Part shown: positions 38,059 to 47,303 of the stretch, piece by piece | Layout: each line of letters starts with the position of its first letter | Numbering within the stretch: position 1 is the first letter of the stretch | DNA from: an uncultured Gammaproteobacteria bacterium | GTDB taxonomy: Bacteria; Patescibacteriota; Patescibacteriia; Magasanikbacterales; GWA2-37-8 | DNA length: 64,000 bases | NCBI GenBank assembly: GCA_964536725.1 | Contig: CAZHYJ010000001.1 | Span: 121,081 to 185,080 of the forward strand | Direction: 5' to 3' | Program-made: the position numbers and the translations under genes | The notes under the pieces: generated by a model | What the model saw: only the letters and a program-made list of their open reading frames with translations | Told to the model about the DNA's origin: nothing | Databases searched by the model: none

Positions 38059-38157
38059 CAAAACAAAAACTGCACCATTTTGAAGATGCAGTCCTTTAAA
38101 GTAGACCACTCCATTGACCGTTGGAACCTTTTGTTTGAAGAGATAAAGTATTGGAAT
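38059..38157. repeat. modular intergenic element, copy B
   Basis: aaaacaaaaac + hairpin ctgcaccattttgaagatgcag + agtagaccactccattgaccgttggaaccttttgtttgaagagataaag. Confidence 0.6.
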
Positions 38158-38187
38158 ATTGTTATAAATAGCATGTTTGTCATTTAG

Positions 38188-38637
38188 TTGATGTGGACGT
38201 TGAAGAATGTTCGTAATAATGTTAAACTATTTTTATGGCAAATACTTAATAAATTTATTATGAAATCGCTAGTTGATTTTTTAAAAAGAAAAAAACAACA
38301 ATACAAAGTTATTAAAACGGATCAAAAAAATTTTAATTTTACCGGAGAACCATCTGGGGAGGTGGCGATATTAAAAGGATACCTTGAAACGGCTTTGCGT
38401 TTTGATACTGGTGCAAAGAATGCGTATCTTTCGAAAATAAAGTATGAGAAGGATAGTAATATCAGGGTCGCACTTTGTGTAGATACTTTGTCGCAACCTA
38501 AAGATGTGATACAAACATTATCGAAGCATTGTTCAGAAATTGTCTCCAGTATCGACATTATTTATTTTTACGATTTGAGTGACTACCACATAAAGCAACT
38601 ACTATCTTTGGTCAAACCTTTTTATTCTAAAGAATAA
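38188..38637 (+). CDS. hypothetical protein
   Basis: 149 aa ORF with no motif, supported only by ORF length and its position downstream of copy B. Confidence 0.3.
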   Translation: MMWTLKNVRNNVKLFLWQILNKFIMKSLVDFLKRKKQQYKVIKTDQKNFNFTGEPSGEVAILKGYLETALRFDTGAKNAYLSKIKYEKDSNIRVALCVDTLSQPKDVIQTLSKHCSEIVSSIDIIYFYDLSDYHIKQLLSLVKPFYSKE

Positions 38638-38704
38638 TAAAAAGTTCGATTTCCCCGATAGTCATCCCAATTTTGATACAAAAAATCCGCTAATTATGGC
38701 GGAT

Positions 38705-38776
38705 TTTTTTCTTGTAGCCCCAACGAGAATCGAACTCGTATTTTCTCATTGAAAGCGAGATGTCCTAACCATTAGA
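38705..38776 (-). tRNA. tRNA-Glu (anticodon TTC)
   Basis: Reverse complement GGCCTCATCGTCTAATGGTTAGGACATCTCGCTTTCAATGAGAAAATACGAGTTCGATTCTCGTTGGGGCTA shows the TCGTCTA..GG..AGGAC and CTTTCAA anticodon-loop pattern typical of bacterial tRNA-Glu, plus a T-arm ACGAG/TTCGATT/CTCGT. Confidence 0.8.
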
Positions 38777-38887
38777 CGATGAGGCCGTTTGTCGATGTTG
38801 CATAGTATATCAAAATTTACGAAAAGGTCAAGTCTGGTGAAAACAAAAAAATCCCCACGAGCGTTCTCTTGGGGATTTTTAAACTAT

Positions 38888-39169
38888 TTAACTGTGTTTT
38901 AAGGCATCTTTGAGAGCCTTGCCGGCTTTGAATTTTGGAACTTTTACTGGTGGGATTTGAATCTTTTCCGTAGGTCTTTGTGGGTTCACACCAGTGCGTC
39001 CAGCGCGTTGTTTTACCGAGAAAGCGCCGAAACCAGTCAACACAACTTCCTCGCCTTTTTTCAAGGTATCCATGATAGTGTCAACCAAAGTGTTGATCAT
39101 ATCTTCGGCTTCACGTTTGGAAACGTTTAACTTCTCTGCTAAAACTTGTGCTAATTCAGCTTTGTTCAT
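38888..39169 (-). CDS. hup: DNA-binding protein HU
   Basis: 93 aa. LTGFGAFSVKQRAGRTGVNPQRPTEKIQIPPVKVPKF is canonical HU. Confidence 0.85.
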   Translation of the reverse strand: MNKAELAQVLAEKLNVSKREAEDMINTLVDTIMDTLKKGEEVVLTGFGAFSVKQRAGRTGVNPQRPTEKIQIPPVKVPKFKAGKALKDALKHS

Positions 39170-39315
39170 AGATTCACCCCCTTTCTTATTAAAGGTATAA
39201 TATTTCTCTTCACATTATATCATCCCGTCTTTTTTTTGGCTATATTAGCCAAAAAGTTGTCCACAGTCCTTCGCTCTGCGAGCTTCGGCCATGCGAGGCA
39301 TTCCTTCTTTTCGTT

Positions 39316-40857
39316 TTAACGGGCATATTCGATTACGCGAGTTTCACGGATAATGGTAACGCGAATCTCACCAGGGTATTGTAACTCTTCTTCAATTTTG
39401 TGAGCGATATCTTTGGACAATTGAACGGCGGCGTAATCATCAATTTCATTTGGTTTAACAAAGACGCGGATTTCACGGCCAGCCTGGATAGCGTACACCT
39501 TATCAACACCAGGGAAGCCAGTAGCAGTCTTTTCCAATTCTTCCAAACGAGCAACAAAGTGTTCATAAGTATCCTTGCGGGCACCAATGCGTGAGCCAGA
39601 GATGGCATCAGCGGCTTTGACGATGGTTGCATAGACGCTCTGGGGTTTATCAAGATGGTGATCGCGTGCGGCCTGGCAGATATCTTCGTCAGCATTAAAT
39701 TTCTTCAAAATGGTATAGCCAATCTCTGGGTGAGAGCCTTGGGTTTCTTGGTCGACAGCTTTTCCGATATCGTGGAACAAACCAGCTTTCTTGGCCTTGG
39801 CCTGGTCTAAGCCGAGTTCAGCGGCGATCAAAGAGGAAAGGTGACCAACCTCCATGGAATGGTTCAAAATGTTTTGACCGTAGGAAGTACGATATTTCAA
39901 ACGACCAACAATGTTTACCAGTTTTGGATCGATACCGGTGATGGCCATTTTGTACAAAGCCTCTTCGCCGGCTTTTTTAATATCTAGTGATAAATCCTGT
40001 TTGGCTTTTTCTACAAACTCTTCAATGCGAGCCGGTTGGATGCGACCGTCCGCCATTAATTTTTCTAACGACAAACGTGCCACCTCGCGGCGGATAGGGG
40101 AGAAACAGGAAATCATGATGGACTCAGGAGTGTCGTCGATGATCAATTCACAGCCGGTTAATTTTTCAATGGTTTTAATATTGCGTCCTTCTTTGCCGAT
40201 AATACGCCCCTTCATTTCTTCACTTGGTAAGGTGACGATAGAGGAGGTAGTTTCTGCAGCGTGGGAGGAGGCGGTGCGTTGGATGGCGTCGAGAATAATC
40301 TCGCGAGCCTTGTCTTCAAATTTTTCTGAGGATTCGCGGTCGAGTTTAATCATGCGTGCCAACAAGTCATTTTGACTTTCTTCTTCTACCATTTTCAAGA
40401 GCTCCATTCGGGCTTCTTCGTTGGTCATGTTTGCCACGGTTTGGAGTTTATCAAGTTGCTGTTGTTTTAAATCCTCGATCTCTTGTTTGATTAGTTTTAC
40501 GCGTTCGATCTTTTCTTGCAATTTGGTCTGATTGTCTTGTAACTCCAAAAGTTTTTGGTCAAAAGCATTCTCACGTTTTTCCAAACGTTGTTTTTCGTTG
40601 TGTAATTCTTGGTTGATCTGCTTTTCTTCACGTTTGGCTTCCTCGATGATTTTAACGGCTTTTTCTTTGGCTTCCAAGATGTATTCTTGTTGCTTAGTTT
40701 TGGCCTCAATCAGCATGCGTTCGGCCTTGGCTTCCACCGAATTGGCTTGGGCCTGGGCTAGTTTCTTGCGTAAAAAGTAGCCAAACACAAAACCACCGCC
40801 TACGCCGACGATAGCGACTATCAAATTAATTAATCCATTCATATACAAAAATTTCAA
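39316..40857 (-). CDS. rny: ribonuclease Y
   Basis: An N-terminal TM helix, a coiled coil, a KH domain and an HD domain (LFHDIGKA); 513 aa. Confidence 0.85.
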   Translation of the reverse strand: MKFLYMNGLINLIVAIVGVGGGFVFGYFLRKKLAQAQANSVEAKAERMLIEAKTKQQEYILEAKEKAVKIIEEAKREEKQINQELHNEKQRLEKRENAFDQKLLELQDNQTKLQEKIERVKLIKQEIEDLKQQQLDKLQTVANMTNEEARMELLKMVEEESQNDLLARMIKLDRESSEKFEDKAREIILDAIQRTASSHAAETTSSIVTLPSEEMKGRIIGKEGRNIKTIEKLTGCELIIDDTPESIMISCFSPIRREVARLSLEKLMADGRIQPARIEEFVEKAKQDLSLDIKKAGEEALYKMAITGIDPKLVNIVGRLKYRTSYGQNILNHSMEVGHLSSLIAAELGLDQAKAKKAGLFHDIGKAVDQETQGSHPEIGYTILKKFNADEDICQAARDHHLDKPQSVYATIVKAADAISGSRIGARKDTYEHFVARLEELEKTATGFPGVDKVYAIQAGREIRVFVKPNEIDDYAAVQLSKDIAHKIEEELQYPGEIRVTIIRETRVIEYAR

Positions 40858-41123
40858 AGGTTGTTGCCTTTGGCTAGGGAGAAATACAAATAGAGAAGAG
40901 TCTTATGACTTTCCTTTGAGGGTTTCTTCTAGAGAAGAAAATGAGTTCAAAAGGGTAAAAAACATGTAAAAAATCACATTTATCCGCTCCAGCAGACAGA
41001 ATTTGGGATGGCGGAAGTTGCTCTTAACTATCGCTTTCTCTGCAGCTTGAGGCAGAGGACAACCGTATTAATAATATTTTAACCATCAATACTATAGCAC
41101 AAAGTACCCTCTGCTGTCAATCA

Positions 41124-41152
41124 TTGACAAACCCCCGAAAATGTTGTATAAT
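41124..41152 (+). promoter_or_regulatory. consensus sigma70 promoter TTGACA-N17-TATAAT upstream of typA
   Basis: ttgacaaacccccgaaaatgttgtataat, with a perfect -35 and -10 and a 17 nt spacer. Confidence 0.55.
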
Positions 41153-41205
41153 CGAGCTAAGTTAATTTTTCAAATTGGCTGGTATGGCCAATTTTTGTTT
41201 ATCCC

Positions 41206-43017
41206 ATGTTAAATATCCGTAATGTCGCTATTATCGCCCACGTTGACCACGGCAAAACCACGCTCGTGGATGCCTTGTTGCGCCAGTCCAAAACTTCCCT
41301 TAAAAAAGAGGTAGTTGATCAGGTCTGTATTATGGACAGCAACGACTTGGAGCGTGAGCGTGGTATTACCATTTTCTCCAAGAATGCAGCGGTAGAATGG
41401 GAAGGTACTAAAATTAATATTATCGACACCCCCGGCCATGCTGACTTTGGTGGTGAGGTAGAACGTGTTTTGAAGATGGCTGATGGCTGTCTACTTTTGG
41501 TTGATGCGCAAGAAGGTCCGATGCCTCAGACTCGTTTTGTTTTGAAGAAAGCTTTGCAGATGGGCCACAAGATTATCGTGGTAATCAACAAGATTGATAA
41601 ACCGGCTGCACGCATTAGTTATGTTTTAGACAAAACTTTAGAATTGTTTTTAGAATTAGGTGCGAGTGATGAGATTGCAAATTTTCCGGTGGTATATGCA
41701 GTAGCCAAACAAGGTAAGGCTGGTCTTGACTCGGACATGGAAAAAATGACTGATATCAGTCCGATTTTTGAAGCCATTTTAAAATATGTACCGGCACCAA
41801 GTGGAGATGTGAATGCTCCTTTGCAGATGTTGGCAGTATCCACCAACTACGACAACTATCTTGGTCGTATTGCGATTGGTCGCATCTACAATGGTGTCTT
41901 GAAAGCCAATCAGGATGTGATGCATATTAACCGTGAGGGTGTGATGAAAAAATGTCGTTTGACTTCCATCATGTCTTTTTCTGGTTTAGAAAAAATTTCA
42001 GTTACCGAAGCTTCAACAGGCGATATTGTCGCTGTCTCAGGTATTACTGAGGTTACTATTGGTGACACGATTGCCGCATTGGATAATCCGATTGCTTTGC
42101 CAGTTATCAATATTGAAGAACCTACCGTTAAAATGACCTTCATGGTCAATGATTCTCCGTTTGCTGGCCAAGAAGGGGATTTTACCACTTCGCGCCAGAT
42201 TCGTGAGCGTCTTTACAAAGAGCTCGAACGCGACGTTGCTTTGCAGGTGGAAGATGGTACGAATGGTGATTGGATTGTAGCTGGGCGCGGTGAATTGCAT
42301 TTGGCAATTTTAATTGAACGTTTGCGTCGTGAAGGTTATGAACTACAGGTTTCACGTCCACGGGTGATTATGAAAGAAGTAAATGGGAAAATGCTAGCAC
42401 CGTTTGAACAGGTATTTATCGAAACTCCGGAAGCCACTTCTGGTATCGTGATTCAAAAACTTGGTTCACGTCATGGTGTTTTAAAAAATATTCAAAATGT
42501 TGATGGAATCGCTTCGCTCGAATTTTTAATTCCGACCAAAGGTTTGTTTGGTTTCCGTCATGAGTTTATCACCGACACACGCGGGTTGGGAATTATCAAC
42601 ACTATGTTTGCCGGATACGACGAAGATCCGGGTAATTGGAAAGAGCGTGAACAAGGATCGCTTGTCGCGCACGAGACGGGTGTGACTAATATGTATGGTT
42701 TGTTAAATATTCAAGAACGCGGCGAATTGTTTTTTGGTGTAGCGGTGAAGGTATACAAAGGACAGGTAGTGGGACAGAATTCACACACCGGTGATCTACG
42801 CGTGAATGTTTGTAAGACCAAAGCATTGTCGAACATGCGTTCGAAAGGTGATGGTGTATCTGAATGGTTTAATGCTCCGCGCACGATGGGGTTGGAAGAT
42901 GCATTGGAGTATATCAGTGATGATGAATTGGTAGAAGCGACACCCAAAAGTGTGCGTATTCGCAAGATGGTTTTGGATGAGAATGAAGCAAAGAGAAAAT
43001 CAAGAGGGATGGAATAA
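41206..43017 (+). CDS. typA: translational GTPase BipA/TypA
   Basis: [17 protein letters not shown] plus EF-G-like domains and the BipA C-terminal domain; 603 aa. Confidence 0.9.
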   Translation: MLNIRNVAIIAHVDHGKTTLVDALLRQSKTSLKKEVVDQVCIMDSNDLERERGITIFSKNAAVEWEGTKINIIDTPGHADFGGEVERVLKMADGCLLLVDAQEGPMPQTRFVLKKALQMGHKIIVVINKIDKPAARISYVLDKTLELFLELGASDEIANFPVVYAVAKQGKAGLDSDMEKMTDISPIFEAILKYVPAPSGDVNAPLQMLAVSTNYDNYLGRIAIGRIYNGVLKANQDVMHINREGVMKKCRLTSIMSFSGLEKISVTEASTGDIVAVSGITEVTIGDTIAALDNPIALPVINIEEPTVKMTFMVNDSPFAGQEGDFTTSRQIRERLYKELERDVALQVEDGTNGDWIVAGRGELHLAILIERLRREGYELQVSRPRVIMKEVNGKMLAPFEQVFIETPEATSGIVIQKLGSRHGVLKNIQNVDGIASLEFLIPTKGLFGFRHEFITDTRGLGIINTMFAGYDEDPGNWKEREQGSLVAHETGVTNMYGLLNIQERGELFFGVAVKVYKGQVVGQNSHTGDLRVNVCKTKALSNMRSKGDGVSEWFNAPRTMGLEDALEYISDDELVEATPKSVRIRKMVLDENEAKRKSRGME

Positions 43018-43070
43018 AAGTTTCAAAAAGAAAAACACCAATCGAAATTGATTGGTGTTTTTTTGTTAGT

Positions 43071-43703
43071 TTATTTTATCTCCTGCGCATTTTTCAGATC
43101 ATATTTCCCAATTCTAGTACGCACCAGTTCCTCGCAGTACGCGCCACAACCCAATTTTTGTCCGATGTCATGTCCGATGGTGCGGATATATGTTCCCGTG
43201 GAACAGTCCACGCGAATTTTTAAGCGGGGATAAGTGTAATCCATTAATTCGATGTTATATATCTCAATCGCGCTTGGTTTTCTCTCCACCTCAATTCCTT
43301 TGCGTGCCAAGTCGTAAAGTTTTTGACCATTAATTTTTTTAGCAGAATACATTGGCGGGATTTGTAGTTGGGGGCCAATAAAGGTTTTTATGACTTCCTT
43401 GATTTCTTCTTCGGTATATTCTTTTCCTATACCAGTCGGAGTTATTACACCATCCCGGTCTTGTGTATCTGTGGTGGCGCCCAAAAACAAAACCGCCTCG
43501 TAGGTTTTGGGGAGATTTTTAAACTCATCCAATCGTTTGGTAGCATCGCGTCCCACCCCGACAATCAAAAGTCCAGTAGCAAAAGGATCAAGTGTACCGG
43601 CATGGCCCACCTTGGTGCCTTTGGGGTATTGGCGGCGTAGACGACCCACGACATCGAAACTCGTCCAGCCGACGGGTTTATTGATAAGTAGAAATTCTTC
43701 CAT
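43071..43703 (-). CDS. truB: tRNA pseudouridine(55) synthase
   Basis: LINKPVGWTSFDVV and the catalytic GHAGTLDP motif. Confidence 0.85.
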   Translation of the reverse strand: MEEFLLINKPVGWTSFDVVGRLRRQYPKGTKVGHAGTLDPFATGLLIVGVGRDATKRLDEFKNLPKTYEAVLFLGATTDTQDRDGVITPTGIGKEYTEEEIKEVIKTFIGPQLQIPPMYSAKKINGQKLYDLARKGIEVERKPSAIEIYNIELMDYTYPRLKIRVDCSTGTYIRTIGHDIGQKLGCGAYCEELVRTRIGKYDLKNAQEIK

Positions 43704-43797
43704 AGTGGGATTATCTTAGCAGGTTAGCCCAAAATTTACCAGCTTTGTTTGACTTATCCGTTATTATCATATATAATGAACGCACTAAATATATCCC

Positions 43798-45810
43798 ATG
43801 AACGTAACCGAACTCGCGCGACAATTAAAAGTACATCCGAAAAAACTCTTGGAAATTTTACCAGAGTTTGGTTTTGATATCGGTGCAAAATCGATTAAAA
43901 TCGATGATCGGGTAGCACAACAGATCCAACGTTCTTGGCGCAAGATTAAGTTTGTTTTGGAAGAACGTGAAGCCAAAGAACTGGAAAAGCAAAAAGAATT
44001 AGAAAAAGAAATGCGTCGCGAGAGTGGGGTAGAGATTGTTTTACCCGCGGTTTTAACGGTGCGTGAATTTGCGGATAAATTACAGATGCCAATCAACAAG
44101 CTGATGTTGGAGTTGATGAAGAACGGAATTTTGGCGGCACAGAATGAAAATATTGATCGTGATACTGCCACTATTCTTGCTGGTGAAATGGGTTTTAAAG
44201 TACGAGCAGAAGATGGTGTAGCCAAAACTACTGACACAACGGTGCACGTTGATGATTTGGCGAGTGCATTAAAAGAAGGAGCGATTACTGCGCGTCCACC
44301 GGTGGTAGTGGTAATGGGCCATGTTGATCATGGGAAAACAAAGTTGTTGGATGCAATTCGTAGTACCGATGTAGTTTCGACTGAAGCGGGTGGTATCACT
44401 CAGCACATTGGTGCCTATCAAGTTATCTGGATCAATCCTAAAACAAAAGAAAAAAGTCCTCTGACTTTTATCGACACCCCTGGCCACGAAGCGTTCACTG
44501 TAATGCGTAGTCGTGGTGCTAAAGTGGCCGATATCGCTGTGTTGGTAGTGGCAGCTGATGATGGTGTAAAACCACAAACTGTCGAAGCGATTGGTATTAT
44601 CAAAGCAGCCAAACTTCCAGTGGTAGTGGCAATTAACAAAATTGATAAACCAGGATCTGATCCGAAACGCGTGCGTACCGAATTGGCGCAATATGATCTG
44701 TTGGCGGATGATTGGGGTGGAGAAGTGCCGATGGTAGAAATTTCTGCCAAGAACAATACTAATATTGATAAAATTTTGGATACTTTGTTGTTGGTCGCAG
44801 AGATGAACAAAGAAGCAATCATGGCCAACCCGGAGCGTGCTGCTGCGGGTACTGTGATCGAAGCACATGTGGACAAAGGTGAAGGACCAGTAGCGAGTGT
44901 TTTAATCCAGACTGGAACTTTGAAAATTAACGATCCACTGATTGTAAACGGTGAGAACTATGGTAGAGTACGCGCGATGAAAAATTATCGTGGTGAAATG
45001 TTAAAAACTGCGTTGCCTTCAACTCCAATTCGTATTTTAGGTTTTAAAACTGCTCCACAAGTGGGAGATGTATTGGATGTTGGGAAATCTGTTGGTGCAA
45101 CAGATGTTAATTTGAAAAGTAAGCGAGCGCAACAATCAGGTGCAGAATTGCGACCGATAACCGACAATGATACCGAAGAAGAGGGTCATCAATGGTTGAA
45201 TGTGGTGGTGAAGGCCGATGTACTCGGATCGCTCGAAGCGGTTTGTGCGTCTTTGGAAAAATTAAAAAATGATGAAATTGGTGTGAAGGTGGTTGGTAAA
45301 GGTTTGGGCAATATTATGGCCGACGATGTTTCGATGGCGCAAACGACGGGTGCGATAATTTACGGCTTCAATGTTAATGCGACACCGGTAGCCAATGAAA
45401 TGATTAGAAGTAACAATATTGAATTTGTACAATACCGCATCATTTACGATTTGTTAGACAATGTAAAAGAACGTTTAGAAAAATTATTAAATCCAGAGTT
45501 AGTCACTACCGAACTTGGTATCTTTAAATTGGTGTCCATTTTCCGTACGGACCACAATTCAATGATTGTTGGTGGACGGGTTGAACAGGGTAAGTTGATA
45601 CGTGATTGTTTGGTGCGCGTGAAACGTGATAAAGAAATTATCGGTAAAGGAAAGTTGACTAAGTTGCAAATTTCTAAACAAGAAATGAGCGAGATTAAGG
45701 AAGGTAGTGAATGTGGTGTGCAATTTGATGGTAAGTTAAAATTGGAAGAGGGTGATGTGTTGGAGGCCTACAAAGAAGAGAAGGTTGTGAAGAAATTGGT
45801 TTTGAGTTAA
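43798..45810 (+). CDS. infB: translation initiation factor IF-2
   Basis: G-domain VVVVMGHVDHGKTKLLD and the C-terminal beta-barrel domains; 670 aa. Confidence 0.9.
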   Translation: MNVTELARQLKVHPKKLLEILPEFGFDIGAKSIKIDDRVAQQIQRSWRKIKFVLEEREAKELEKQKELEKEMRRESGVEIVLPAVLTVREFADKLQMPINKLMLELMKNGILAAQNENIDRDTATILAGEMGFKVRAEDGVAKTTDTTVHVDDLASALKEGAITARPPVVVVMGHVDHGKTKLLDAIRSTDVVSTEAGGITQHIGAYQVIWINPKTKEKSPLTFIDTPGHEAFTVMRSRGAKVADIAVLVVAADDGVKPQTVEAIGIIKAAKLPVVVAINKIDKPGSDPKRVRTELAQYDLLADDWGGEVPMVEISAKNNTNIDKILDTLLLVAEMNKEAIMANPERAAAGTVIEAHVDKGEGPVASVLIQTGTLKINDPLIVNGENYGRVRAMKNYRGEMLKTALPSTPIRILGFKTAPQVGDVLDVGKSVGATDVNLKSKRAQQSGAELRPITDNDTEEEGHQWLNVVVKADVLGSLEAVCASLEKLKNDEIGVKVVGKGLGNIMADDVSMAQTTGAIIYGFNVNATPVANEMIRSNNIEFVQYRIIYDLLDNVKERLEKLLNPELVTTELGIFKLVSIFRTDHNSMIVGGRVEQGKLIRDCLVRVKRDKEIIGKGKLTKLQISKQEMSEIKEGSECGVQFDGKLKLEEGDVLEAYKEEKVVKKLVLS

Positions 45811-45836
45811 AATTAATATTTTTTAAATTTTTTCAT

Positions 45837-46157
45837 ATGGAACATGTATTTACCGATGCAAATTTTGATGCGGAAGTTTTAAAATCCACCGTGCCAGTGT
45901 TGGTTGATTTTTGGGCACCTTGGTGTGGTCCTTGTCAGATGATGGGGCCAATCGTAGCTGGTTTGGCGGAAGAATATGAAGGGAAGAATATTAAGATCGG
46001 TAAATGCAATGTGGATGAGAATCAAAATATTGCCGGTCAGTACAATGTGATGAGTATTCCAACCTTTTTGGTTTTCAAAGGCGGACAGGTGGTAGATCAG
46101 ATGACGGGTGGGGTACAGAAGGAACGACTGAAAGAGATGATTGATAAGGCGATATAA
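45837..46157 (+). CDS. trxA: thioredoxin
   Basis: WAPWCGPCQ active site; 106 aa. Confidence 0.85.
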   Translation: MEHVFTDANFDAEVLKSTVPVLVDFWAPWCGPCQMMGPIVAGLAEEYEGKNIKIGKCNVDENQNIAGQYNVMSIPTFLVFKGGQVVDQMTGGVQKERLKEMIDKAI

Positions 46158-46185
46158 TACAAATTTTTACTCTTAATTTAAACAT

Positions 46186-47148
46186 ATGCCAAGGTGGGCA
46201 AAAATTTCACTGGGAATAGTGGTTGCTATTCTCGTAGTTTTGGTTTTAACCGTTGTTGGTTTGAAATGGTATGACGGTGAGTTCAGTTCGAGTGGTACAA
46301 CATTTGGGTTAGGAAATGGTTCGTATGGTACCTCTCCGATGGTGGAGGTGGGGTTGGGCGTGCGCGCAGGAGTGGCGCAGGATAGTTACAAGACGATGGC
46401 AAACGAAAATATTGTTTCGACTCCAGCTTCTTTGCCAGCACTTCCAGCGGAACGTTTGATTATTAAAACCGGAGAAATGACGCTGGTGGTTACTGATGTG
46501 CCAGCAACAGTTAAAAATATTGTTGCTTATGCAGAAAAGAATGGTGGTTTTGTGGTGGTCAATCAAATTTACAAAAACGGTTTGATTCCTTATGGTGAAG
46601 TTACTGTACGTATTCCATCCAAAGCATTTGAAGGTGGTATGTTGGAAGTGAAAGCTTTGGGCGATGTCCAAAGAGAGAATGTGGTGGGGCAAGATGTGAC
46701 TGAAGAATATGTTGATTTGGGTGCGCGATTGAATAATTTGCAAGCAACCGAAAAACAATTTTTGGCAATCATGGCAAAAGCGACAAAGATTACCGATATT
46801 TTGGCAGTACAACGTGAACTTTCACAGGTACGGGGTGAGATTGAATCTATGCAAGGTCGTATGAAATATTTAAAGACCAGTGCGGACATGTCGTCTTTGA
46901 CAGTATATCTTTCTACTGATCCAAGTGTACTTCCAACGATTGAAGATTCCAATGAATGGAAGCCTTTGGCAGTATTAAAGAGTGCTGCACGAGGACTGAT
47001 CGCGGTGGGCAAGGGTTTGGCTAATGCTGTTATATATATTGCGGTATTTATTCCGCTTTGGATTCTGATCGCTTTGATAGTTTGGGGCATTCGTGCACTG
47101 GCACGCCGCCGTCGTGCTCGTGCAGAAGGGATGAATTTTAAGAGGTAA
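46186..47148 (+). CDS. hypothetical membrane-anchored protein (N- and C-terminal TM helices, Arg-rich tail)
   Basis: 320 aa with TM helices at both ends and no catalytic motif recognised. Confidence 0.35.
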   Translation: MPRWAKISLGIVVAILVVLVLTVVGLKWYDGEFSSSGTTFGLGNGSYGTSPMVEVGLGVRAGVAQDSYKTMANENIVSTPASLPALPAERLIIKTGEMTLVVTDVPATVKNIVAYAEKNGGFVVVNQIYKNGLIPYGEVTVRIPSKAFEGGMLEVKALGDVQRENVVGQDVTEEYVDLGARLNNLQATEKQFLAIMAKATKITDILAVQRELSQVRGEIESMQGRMKYLKTSADMSSLTVYLSTDPSVLPTIEDSNEWKPLAVLKSAARGLIAVGKGLANAVIYIAVFIPLWILIALIVWGIRALARRRRARAEGMNFKR

Positions 47149-47241
47149 TTAAAGGAAAAACATGTCGATCAAATCGGCATGTTTTTTTGTCTCTTGACGC
47201 CGATTGGGGAAGGCGTAAAATGAAGTTACCCTGATATCTGC

Positions 47242-47270
47242 TTGACGGGTTTTTAGAACTGATATATTAT
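47242..47270 (+). promoter_or_regulatory. sigma70-like promoter TTGACG-N17-TATTAT upstream of gdh
   Basis: Read directly from the sequence; the start codon is at 47304. Confidence 0.35.
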
Positions 47271-47303
47271 ATATCATACTTAATTAGTATAACTTAAATA
47301 CAT

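Noticed and set aside
38001-38183. A 60 aa minus-strand ORF overlapping modular repeat copy B
   Set aside because: It coincides with a repeated non-coding element that has a terminator-like hairpin. It has no motif and is short.
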